A DNA stretch of 64,000 bases from Leptogorgia sarmentosa (lineage: Eukaryota). Shown piece after piece: positions 37,944 through 50,300 of the stretch. Position 1 is the first letter of the stretch, and every line of letters begins with the position of its first letter. The stretch lies in the NCBI GenBank assembly GCA_964658305.1, contig OZ210885.1, forward strand, positions 8,804,001 through 8,868,000. Reading direction: 5' to 3'. A program made the translations under genes and the position numbers. The notes beneath the pieces are model-generated. The model ran no database searches. It saw nothing but the letters and a program-made list of their open reading frames with translations, and was not told the DNA's origin.

Positions 37944-40024
37944 TAATTATTACGCGAACCACTGAGTATTTTCATGAAATACACTACAACGGTAACTCCG
38001 AATAACGTATAATAAGCATTTTGATTCAACGTTTCGACTTCATTTAGTCATCTTCAGGATTAGGATTAGGATTTGATTTTTATCTAAGTTTGTTGGCCAA
38101 TGTTTTAGGGAATCCGTTGTGACGCGAAATTCCTGATCATGACTTGCTAAATACATGATTATCGCAGTTCTGCACATGCGCAAATGATGTGCGTCATCCA
38201 CGCTGGCTCATGAATTTCGCAACTGCTGAAGCTACAACAACACGTTTTAATTTGAAAGAGATTTTTAAGTGGTTTTCTTACAGATATTCTTTACAAATTC
38301 AAGTACGGCATCTGTTGCTGACTGTGCTAGTGTTGAAGTAGCGAAGTATCAATCGAAAGTCTGTTTCGCGAACAGCCCACGGCCTATATTAAACTCATTG
38401 AGTCGTTTCTATCTAATTTAACCAGTTGGTGGTGCGTATATTGTGCGTATGTTGAAATATCTTCATATTATGGTTGTATGAATGATTCAATGTCATTGAC
38501 ATTGTGCATTTGTAGTTCAAATAATTTACTGAACAGTCAAAACTGATTTTAAAATATTTAAACTTTTCCTTATAAAACCGCAGCTTAAAACTAGGGCATA
38601 GCGATCTACCTTACAATGGTATCCGAAGATACCTACATAGGTAGGCCTAAAACGCGTTATACTAGTATAATAATCAACTTTTTTTTTGCAAATATATTCT
38701 ATATGCAAAATATATTTCTATTTATTTATTATTCATTTCCCGTGAAGTCGCAGATTGTTTACTGATTATACTCTATATAAAGTATAATCGATAAAAAACA
38801 CATATATTCCCGATTGTTTTGTAATATCAGAAATATCAAATTGATTCTAGCTTCGGTGTTCGATACAATACATTATTATAGCATTAAGCACGATATTAAC
38901 TTAGATGTGAGCCAAGAAAAGTGGTTTTGATTGAGGTTTTCATCGAGTCAGGTATTTCGCAAGCGTCATGTATTTCCCGCCTACATACGCGAAATACATG
39001 AGCCGTCACGCTTGGTCAGGAATTTCGCTTGACACCGTTCCAAGACATAAATTTGCGAATTTTCTTTATTTACCAACATACCACTTCACAGCGAAAACAC
39101 CATATGACCACACTTTACGGCGAAAACACCATAAAACTGATCCTTGATGATTGTACCAAAACTCAATTTTCCGTTAACGGTGATCTTTATAAACAATTTC
39201 GAGTTTCGATGGGTTCGCCTTTAAGTCCAACTTTAGCTAACATCATCATGATGGCATTAGAAGACGAAATAATAAAAGACCTTTTCCAAAACGATACTAT
39301 AAAATTCTATATAAGATAATGTTGATGACATACAGTTCACGCATGAAGAGTTCGTCGATAATAAGGTAATTTTTTTGGATATCGAATTAACATCTAACGG
39401 CACTTCGATTTTTCGTAAGAGCACACACACAGGCCAGTATATCCATTAATCTAGTTTTACTCCGTGGTCGTACAAAATTGCACGGATTAGGTCACTTGTG
39501 CATAGTACTTGCACTGTTTCGTGCAAAGATAAAATACCTAAGGAGTTTCAAAGTTCGGTGGTTTATAAATTTTCATGTCCTGGGTGCAGCAAAACATACA
39601 TAGGAAAGACAGACAGATGCCTCTATACAAGACTGAACGAACATGCAATCACAGACAAAAACTCAGAGATTGATAAAAACATTAACACTTGCGAACAATT
39701 TAACTATCTGAACCTACTGAACAACTGCAACATCATAGACAGGGCTAAGCATTGGTCAAATCGGCTGTTCAAAGAAAAAAATCATCCATCGACAAAAACC
39801 GGAACTGAATCATGGGACTAAAGCATCTAGAGAACTATCGGTTGTCTTCTGATTAGATATCAAATTACGTAGAGTATATATAACGCATGCACATGAAATA
39901 GAACCATTCCTGAATCCTGATGATGACTAAATAAAGTCGAAACGTTGAATCAAAATGCTTACGTTATTCGGAGTTACCGTTGTTGTGTATTTCATGAAAA
40001 TACTCAGTGTTTCCCGTAATTATA
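37944..40024 (+). mobile_element. Decayed Penelope-like retroelement with inverted terminal repeats
   Basis: RT relic SMGSPLSPTLANIIM and GIY-YIG relic VVYKFSCPGCSKTYIGKTDRCLYTRLNEH. ~120-bp inverted repeats at 37944-38064 and 39908-40024. Confidence 0.88.
39912..39952 (+). ncRNA. Minimal hammerhead-ribozyme-like motif in the Penelope terminal repeat (second copy on minus strand ~38020-38060)
   Basis: CTGATGA-T-GACT-AAATAA-AGTC-GAAACGTT: catalytic boxes with a 4-bp stem II. Stem I is weak. Confidence 0.55.
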
Positions 40025-41368
40025 AGTAGGCTATGTATATGCATATTTCAGGATGGACAGGATATGTAAAAAGAAAAATGTTTTACTTAAGTCTGAACAT
40101 AGACGATTGTCTAGGATCTAAGTTACTTTTAAGCGCTTATTACATTAATATGGCACGGCTTGAATGACACAAATAACGAAAGAAATATATTTAATCGTTG
40201 TCAGTTTACAACTATCCATAATATGCTCGAAATACGGAACACACTGCGAGGCAACGAATATTTGGAGACAGCGTTGAGTGGTCAATACTTTCCACTCGCC
40301 TTTCCAATTGAATAAATCTTGCTTGTCTGATTGTTCAAAACTGGGTTACTCATATAGATTATTTGCGATAGCAAAGTAGGAAGTAAGATAATATATTACG
40401 GCTTTAAAAGGAGAGATGCGCATGACAAAAATTTTGGTTGAGTGAAATAATAATGTTGGATACTGCCTTGTAGCTTTACCAGTGGTGGCGCCAAAGGGCG
40501 GGGGGGGGGGGGGGGGAGGTATATGGAAGACAGCGGAGATGCCATTTCCGACCAAATTTCTAAAATTTTTTCGTTCAGGCTCAGCGCCAATCCTAGTGGC
40601 GGTGAATGGTTTCGTCTCGTGAGCTGCGGCTCCCACCCAAATAAAACCATTTTCTAACGTCCTGTTAACGTATCATTTCGCCCGGCGAGAGAGGGGGCCA
40701 GTGGCCTGTTGATCCCCCCAATTTTTGCAGTGCAACGGGAAAGAAAATTGTTGGCCTCTCTCTGACACGTTAAAGCCGCCCCCTAATATTCCATAAGAAA
40801 GGGGCCAGAATACCTTTTACTGCCGAATAATTATTTGATTTATCATTATTGCAGCAAAATGTTTCAATTTATATGAGACCTCGATGCACTCGAGTCTCAT
40901 ATACTCACCCCACGTCTTACCTACAAATTACTGAATAATTACATATAATTGTCAAAGGCAGTGGATACTAGATTATGTCAACAAACAGCAAAAGTTCTAC
41001 TAATTACCTAAAGGATAAACTAGGATTCGATGTTTTGTGCAACGGCCCTCGGGCATTTTAACACACACTAATTTTTTACTATTGGACTTTGCTTGAAGCA
41101 TTAATTCTTATTGCATTTGTTTAGCTAGTGGGAGAACTTTAGTTGATGTTGTTATTCGGTAGCGGTACCTATATAGCTACTGGCCACATGTTGAAGTTTG
41201 TTACCAGATGATTCCATACAATTATTTTGAAAGAAACTTCTACTTTCACATTTTTGTAAAACACTCAAAATGTCAGAAAGTAATTATGTCTGTACTGTTT
41301 ACAAAAGCTTTGTGCTTTGGTAGCTAAAATTGTAACACCATTTTTTATGTTTACTTCATAGAACGATA

Positions 41369-44300
41369 ATGATATCAGAGGAGGAACAACATTGGGTTTT
41401 AGTTGGCATTGCCTTTACCAAAGTTCTTGCACCTGCATTGAGGAAAGTTGTCGCCACTGAACTTGGGAAGTGGTATCATTCTTTATGCCAACCACCTGAT
41501 GAAATTCACAAGCAAGATTTCGCAGCATACAGAAGGAAGAAATTACCCCCTTCCACCCATAACCTACAATATCAAAACATTAACAATAACATTATCCACA
41601 AGCCTACTAAATCAGCTTATGATTATGCTGTTAAAGATCCTGTCTCGTTGGCGAAACTATTCGTCACGGACTTTATGGCACATTTCACTGGATTTGATAA
41701 AACCATGGATATGTCAGCACTTTTGACTATTATCGGCAAGGCAGCTCCTTTTGTATCTTCGGGCGCTGCAGCTGAAGCAAACAAAGTTCGGTCGGACATC
41801 AGAAACCCATGGGCTCATTGTAACATCTCTGAATGGACACTACATATGTTCAATGACTCGTTCCAAGCAATGGAATCTTTGGTCAAAATATTAAATTTAC
41901 CAATAGCTGACGAAAAAATAATTTGTGATGAACTAGATTTCTGGAATAAAACAGGTACTGTATTATTAGCATTATTGCCGGAATTTCATCATGCCTTTAA
42001 ATATGTTTTGCGCAGATCATTTTTTATCTCCGGTAAGAAAACCCCCATGTGTTGAAAGAATTTCTCTTATTATTCATTTATTATTATTATTATCATCCAA
42101 TTTTATTCATATATTACCATATATACAATTCAATGCGATTCTCAATACGATCAATCGTTGAAATTATATGGGGTCGAACAGGTAAAAAAAATTAAATTCT
42201 CCAATTGTGTAGCTATACTTTGAAACTTTACATAGAAATCTAGTGTTGAATTGGTGACAGTGATTTATTTTTAGACCTTCATATAAGTGCAGAAGTTAAA
42301 TGCCTTTAATACTGTATACAACATGATATACAGTATAGTACAACTAATATATGCTGACATATGCATAAAATCAAAATTTTCACATGAATTAGACTTCGTA
42401 AATCGTACTAATTCCAGTTGGACATTTGTGTTCAAAACTTCAATCATTCAAAAGTCGGGAATGTTTAACGCAATTTTGGCAATTTTTTCATTTTAGCATT
42501 AGGCACGCAAAATTGATAGACTTTTCTCGATAAGGATATAAATGCATGGGTAATACTAAAATATACAGAATTTCAAAACTTTACAGGGTCATATTTTTCG
42601 CATTTTAAAACATTTCTCAACCAGACTTTACAGTTTTACTAACTTTGTGATACTCTTTAACGCTGTTGCTCTGGATTGTACTATTTCGAAATTTTTGCAT
42701 GTCTATCATGCAAAAAATCTACTTTACTCAAAACGTCCAACCTGTTTGCATTTTTAGGTAGTGGGTAGGACATGTGCTGCTTGCTGATGTTGTTATCCTC
42801 TATCCACTACACTGGCCGCATATTGAAGTTTGCTAATAGCGACAGCAGACCATGCTTATCAAATATATATATGGACAGTAGGGCATGCTTTTTCATGTAT
42901 CCTTCGTGCTACGCGCATTAGCAGCGATATATTTATAGTGTTTGTGATACTCAAGATAAATTTTCTTCATTATTTCCAGACATTCTTGTTGATGGTCGTC
43001 ACGCAAAACTAATTGCAGAAAGTGTAGCTGAACTTTGCCGTTGTATCAAAAACTACGATTTGGACGCCACAAAGGTTTGAGGAACTTTTGATGTTTCATT
43101 TAACAGTCGTTGAATAAGTAGGAAGACGCTGTTCAAATTAATTTAAGACATGTTTCAAATGCGAGCGAGTGCAAATTTTCAGCGTGGGAACGCAATCTGT
43201 GCTTTTTTTCGATAATGCTGTTTTTATGAGTTTTGCTTTACCCGTTAAACGTTACAAGTCAAACATGTGCATACGTTTTGGGGACACGTTTGCAATAGAA
43301 TACTTAGAACGAAGCCTGTACTGATAAATAAAACACACTACATATCAATTACTGATAAATAAAATACTGTTTTAGGGGGAAAAAACTACCCCAAGGGGCT
43401 GGGACATCCCATGAAGCAAAACAATTTAGCCATTCTCATAGGCAAGAGATAAACCTAAATTTTGATAGATAACAATTACTTTTCCTTATAAAATTGCTAT
43501 TGAGGTTCCAACGTTGAACTACAAATTTCTGAAAAGTTAACAAACTAGGAAACTTGCATATCAAATTTCAATAGACCTTATGTATAATGTCGTCACAAAA
43601 ATTTTAGCTCGTATTCGACTTTACGTCTGTGTCGACCAAACATTGGAATATTTCGTCCTCACAGTGAGGTAAAAATTATTCGATGGCAATTCGAAAATTT
43701 TGAGAAAAAAGGGCCAATTTATAAGAGAGGGAAAAAATAGGTACGCACAACTCACATGTGGGTAGCCCGTCAAAGATCGGCGAAGCAATTTTCCCTTTCT
43801 CTAAAATCCCAACCATTAAAGTCAGGAAAATATTGATAAAGCTCAGACGGTTGAGCACCCGGGCGTGCGTTGCAGTTCAAACAAACCAAGTCCACAGAGT
43901 TTCAGTCTTCTCTCTTCAGCTAGCAACAATGCGTAGTTTCTATCCCGAGGATTCTTGACTTTCTCAGTAATTGCCTTCAAGTTCTCCTTCAGTAATTCTA
44001 TTTAATTTGGGAATTAACTGTTTAAGCGACTGGCTTCGGTTTCTAACCTTTGCTGGGCGAGAGTTGGATATAACTCCATCGTTTATCGACTAGAGCACTC
44101 CAAGTATAGAACGACTGTCTTTAAACTTCAGGACATCAGACCGTAGTTGATTCTTTTCAGTTTTCGAGCTTAGTTCACCCCACGCTAGTTATACGCTTCG
44201 TCACCTTTTTTTCATTCAAGAACTAACAATTTTACTTTACTCTTCTCGGCTAAGATTGTTTTTAATCACCTCTATACACGCTTTCAATTCCAACTAATTC

Positions 44301-47300
44301 TTCTCGAATCCTTGCGTGACCCTGCCCTCTTTACTTGTCAGGTCGTCCACAGCACCACGAACTCTGTCCTCGGCTCATTATTTTGTCTCATTAATTTACA
44401 TACTCATCTTAATCTCTAATCTTATAAATATACATGAAAAAAATTCTCGAATCTGATTGGCTGAGAGCAGTGCAATTTTAAGGAAATACAGTGCCAAAAA
44501 AAGGAGATTCAGTCCCAAAAAAAGAAATTCAGTGCAAATTTCTTCAGATGTTTATGCCTTCTGATTGGCTGAGATTACAAAGCTAGCCAATCAGATTAAG
44601 CCATCTCTGGCGAACAATAACAAAATATGAAATTATTCGAGGATGAAAAAATGGCTGCCTCCTTGGGTAGATTCTTTTAGGAACAGACAAATGATAGAGG
44701 GGCTTAAAAATAGTTCGAAAAATGAAAATACCATCAAAGATATCTAGTCCTGCGGTTGATTGTGCGGAGAAAATGGTGCATTGAAAAGGAAATACAGCGC
44801 GAGATACAAAATATTCCGCAAGAGGTGTTAGATTATATATTTTGCTCGATTGTTTTTATGCTGAACAAAAACTGTGAATTAAGAAAGAAACAGCGATGAA
44901 TATGAACCAGACACTTAAAAGTGATATTAACAGCAGTCGATGTTGACAACCTTTTTATAATACAAGACAGAGATTTCTCTTCGTTCAAGCAAGTGCTCGA
45001 TGGACAAGCAAAACATCTCCGTATATTAGCGGCAGAGCAAAGCGAGACAAGTATATTCTATTTAAATTCTCATGCAATTTGGAAAAAACATACACTCATG
45101 AGCTTTTCAAAGACTTCAAATAGCACTCGTCCTTTGGAATCGTGCAATTTTGAATGTCTTTGAAAAACTTACTCCTGCATGTTTTTCCAAATTGCACTCG
45201 AAACCATACTATTACCTATACTAATAACGTTAGATTATAACTATTATTACATCACACACCTTAAACCGCTTTGTGAAGTTGAGAGTGATTTAAAATTTGT
45301 TTCACCCTGTAAATTGAATATTACTAAATCAATTTTATCTATTCAGATAAATCCAGTGATGGACAAACTCGATAACATACAATCCAAAATGAAAGAGATT
45401 GAAAGGTCTGCAGCTGAGAAATTTGAACATCATTCAAGGGAGCTTAAACGTCTGGCGGAGAAAACAGATGAAATCGAATGTCGTCAGAATAAGCCGAGGA
45501 CGGAGCATTCAGATTTTGCAGAGAAAAAAGGTAGTGTTTCAATTAACTAGGAAAGATGGGAAACTATTTATACAGAATATATTATGCAGGAAAATTTACC
45601 GAGTATCATGCAGCCATTCAATTTTCGAAATTTGTCCCCCACGAACCTTCCCGGTCTTCAACGTTCTGTTTCTAAGAATTTCTTGTAGGAAAATATCTCG
45701 TTAGAGTAAACGGCAACAGGAATGCAACATGTCTTCTAACACTTCCCAGATTTAGTGGGAATCCGAAAGCATTGGCAGTGCAGTACGCGCTGTCGCACTC
45801 ATCATCACTAAAAATGAATTTTAATGTTGGGCGGGTTAACTGCGTAGGTCACAACCAAATAAAAAACGCTCGTGAAAAGTTGACGCAGCTCAATTGCGAC
45901 AAGAATGCTTAAATGTTGCTCATAGTAGTTAAATGCTTCTTCTTTTGATTTAAGTCCTAAAATGCTTCGTTAATAGGAGATTCAATATAGCCAATGTTGA
46001 AAGTCAAGTTGTCAAGTTGCGAACTGTGGTAGAAAAATCTTCTGAAAAATTAACTAAATTTGTATTTAATGGAAAGATTGACCAGCTTATTCGAAAATTT
46101 CAAGAAGGGACCAGACAATGGTTCTTTGACGACTTTGAAAAACGGCTTCACGATACGAAATCGAGAGTTATGATCCTAAATGGAGGTCCCGGCGTTGGGA
46201 AAAGTGTTCTGTCGGCAAAGTTATGTAACTTGTATGAAGAGACTGGTCAGCTTGCTGGTTGCCACTTCTGTGACTTTAGAGGCTCTGATTGCCGAGATGT
46301 CACTATTCGTTTGCACTACTTTCTAAAAATCCATGCTGTAAATGATGTTTATAGCTATATTCTATAGCATGATTTGAAAGCTTCAACTGAAATGGACGTT
46401 GCGCGATATATACAATGAAACGTAGGCTGTCCAGAAGCCGAATCATACCCTAGAATGTCTAATTCTTATTTGTATAGCCACATATTAGCATGGTTTCGAA
46501 TGCAATTTCGATATAGTATTCACGAATGACCTCGATGATTAGGAATGGTAGTTTGATATTACATATCTGTATATCACCACTGCACCCAGTGGACAGCACT
46601 TCAAAATCATACCGTACTCCAAGTTCTCTCACCCTGCAGTACAGGTGGTGAGGAAACACTGTACCAATTAGCACCTTCTGCGCGCGCACGCATAAACTTC
46701 CGAACAGGAACAGCCACAAACTTCTCATCAATAATTGTAATGCACACTATAAATAGCTTTTCTTGGGAAATTTTAAATAAAGTTTAGACTCACTTCAGTA
46801 ACCACATGTAGCAAGAGATTTTACTGCCTGAGCGACGTAAAATTAATATTGAACGAAATTAATGTTCAAAGGTGAAATTAGGCAAATATGCATTCTGGTA
46901 TACACAATTATTTGAAGCGTGCAGCAGAGTGATTTCAAAATTATCATCTATATTTTTTATTCGATATTCTAGTTCCGTATGGATTACGCAATCTACCTGC
47001 TCACATGGTAGAACGGCCATCAGAAGTAACCGAGATATTGGAGTTACTCAAGCAGGGAAATAAAGTGGGTGTTGTTGGACGTCATGGTGGCGACGTTGGT
47101 ATCCGTGGAATGGGAGGCCTCGGTAAGACGGTGTTAGCCCAAGCTGTTGCCTGGGAAGTCTCAAAATCTCGTCAAGTTGTCTGGCTTGACATTGGTCAAA
47201 CACCTGATAGCTTGAAACTGATTAACACCCTCGTCAGAGTCCTTGGTGGAGATGTGTCGTTCAGTGACATTGTTGCAGCGCAATCTTGGTTAAGAAAATA

Positions 47301-50300
47301 CACGGTATGTATGCTGTGCTATATTTGATGTTTGTGAGAAAATGTGATAGGGCTATTTTCATGTTATAGGGACGATTTTTAATGGGATGTAGCTCGAATA
47401 GCCAAGTTGCACGAATACAGAAAAAGATATCCGGTACAGCGTTAGTAAACATAAATTAAAGCGACGTTAAATGTAGAAGTATGATGTTAGATGGACGTTA
47501 AAGCTAGAATAGTTGCAATTCTTCCAAGTCTTTTCTTTCACGACCACTTGTCCAGGCTGTAAGCTTTATTACTTGTCTTAAATTTTTGTGTTTAGCATTT
47601 TAACTCGGCTTCGCCTCGTTCAGTATTGAAAATTTCTCGTGCGTTGTACAGCCAGCTCTTGCAAGCATTTGTAAACAAAGCACAATTCTTAACTCGCATA
47701 TTCTTGGGAAACTAAAATAATGTAGACGACTGATGTGGCTTGACTGAATATTATATCTCAAATTCAAATTTTCCAATAAAAGTTATTAATTTAATCACAT
47801 CAAAAATATATTGGTCGAAGTATTTCCTTCATGCAGTGATGATATTTCCCTGGGGCTAAAGCCCTCAAGACTTCACGAATTCACAGATTATATGTAGCCC
47901 GTGCTTCGGGTCTATAAATGATAAATATTACCTCTACTTCATTCATCTCATGCATTGGTGGTGAGATGATGGCAGTTGAGACTCTTTTACACTTGCAATT
48001 TTTGCAGCTATTTCTAGACGGACGTTCATGTGAGAAATAATAAAATCAAAACGTTCGTCATAAATCCACCTGTGAACATGTGCCTCACATATCAGAAAGG
48101 CCAGAAAATCCCACAGAAAAGTGCAGGCAAAATTGCAAGCGAACCTTTGAAGGGCTTGGCTAGTAAAAGTTGTAAATTTTACCAACCTTTGAATGCATTT
48201 AACAGATACGGTTTCTGATCTAGTTTTCAACTCATTTTTAGATTGATAAAGATTGTTTGGTTGTTGTTGATGATGTTTGGAAGGTGGATGACGCTGCTGT
48301 ATTCAATTGCTTATCTGGCAAATGCCAATTATTAATAACAACTAGAGATGCTACTGTTCTCTGCGGTTCGGGAATTACCAAGTACGAACTTGTAATTATG
48401 CCACAAGATAAATCCCGAGGGCTCTTGTATCAGAGCGCTGGAATAAGTCCAGACGAACAGTTAACGCCAAACTTACGGCGAATTATTGCAAGCCTGTTAG
48501 AGCAGTGTCGAGGTTTACCGCTGGCACTGTCACTGGTGGGTTCAAATTTAACGGACACTCGTGCGGAACAAGACTGGGAGGATATTTTAGATGATCTTAA
48601 AAATGCTGACCTGGAGAGAATCTGTTCATTATTTCCCAAAGTCGATTATCCTTATGATAACCTCTTAGCAGTCATTGATGTGAGCTATCAACGCCTAGAC
48701 GAAAGTGTACGCGAGATGTTTCTATATTTGGCTATATTTCCAGAGGATACAGATATACCGTCAGATGTACTCGAGCTGCTGTGGTGTTCGATACAGAAGC
48801 AGAATGGAAAAACTTCGCGCAAACCTCAGAAACACAAAGATATACTTGCTGTGCTCGAGAGAAAGTCGCTGATCTTAAAAGGTATATATACATAGTTTTA
48901 TATTTTGACAGTTTTGATCTGGGAATCCACCGAAAAATTTTTATATTTAGTGCGAAGTTCACTTTGCAGTATTGTCATTAGTCACGAAAATTTACAACAT
49001 TCAGTGAACCAGTAATACAGGTTGCAAAGTGGATCGAGATTTCATCCTGGATTGACGGGAAAACTAAACCGAACAACGTGTGCGTGTCTTGACCGCGTAT
49101 TTTCATTGCTTCAAGTCGATTTTGCATGTAAACACGAAGTGAATGTGAGGATGCTTGCATCCAACTATAGACATCTAGTACAACCGTCAAGAATTCTTTT
49201 GAATGATATGAATGCTCTCATTAAGACTTCATTAACAGAAATATAAGGAGAAGGCGTAAGATAGAATGTTATCTAAGGCAAAAAATTCGTAAATAACTAG
49301 CTTGGCCCTGCATATATACGTACAATTTGGTCCGGACAAGATAACGTATATTCATGAGTCAGAAACCAATTACGTAAGCTGGTCGTTCTTAAATGATAAC
49401 CTGGTTTATAGGCACACTAAAAAGTAGTATATAAATGTATTGTCATTCCGAAACAAGGACTTTTTTTGTACCAAGAGATTTTCGGTCCAGGAAACTTAGA
49501 CCGTTTCATCCGTCGAATTTTGGTGGCATCGAATGCAATTCAAACAATGGATAATGAGATGACTTACGTCATTATCTATTGTTTGAATTGAATTCGATGC
49601 GACCAAAACTCGACGTATGGCCCTAACCCTCTCACAGACAACCTCTGTGTGTGGGGAAAAGAGATAATCCTATTGAAAATAGGGGACAATAAAGCCAGTC
49701 AATCGCATCCATCCGGATAATTCGTTGCTTTATCAGAGAAATCACAAACATAACACAATTTCTTTGTTGTACTATACATTTTAGTGTTTGTAAACACATG
49801 CAGACATATGTTATTATAGGAAAACTATATATAGTAACAGAATAGTTTCTATAGAGAACAGGTTCTAAAAGTTTGGTTGCAGCCTGGCTGATCTAGGTTT
49901 ATTTTTATGGTGTTTATCCCTCCTGTAACGTCATGTCAATGCGGTAAAATTAAATCCAAGATGGCGCACAGCCTGACTGTTTCCGGTGGAAAAATTTCGA
50001 AAAGAAAACAATATATGTTTAAAATGCAAATAACTTACTAAACGATTTTAAACGTCCTTTCAAATGAGCGAAGAATATTTTCCGTTGCCACTTACCTTTG
50101 AATTGAACAAAAGACATTTTCAATCATGACGACCCTAGATCCTTTAAATCAACTTGTGTAATATGCCATCAATGTCGTCCTTGAAGAGCAATATTAATAA
50201 AAGCCAGTTCATGTTATTAGTAAATGTATTAACTAGGTCTGAATATAACTTTTTGGAGGATCCCATTATTGGGGTTTCTTCTCTGTGGGTTAGCCCTTCC

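Noticed and set aside
43590..44400. Possible minus-strand gag remnant (KIASPIFDG)
   Set aside because: Too degraded to support a call by eye.
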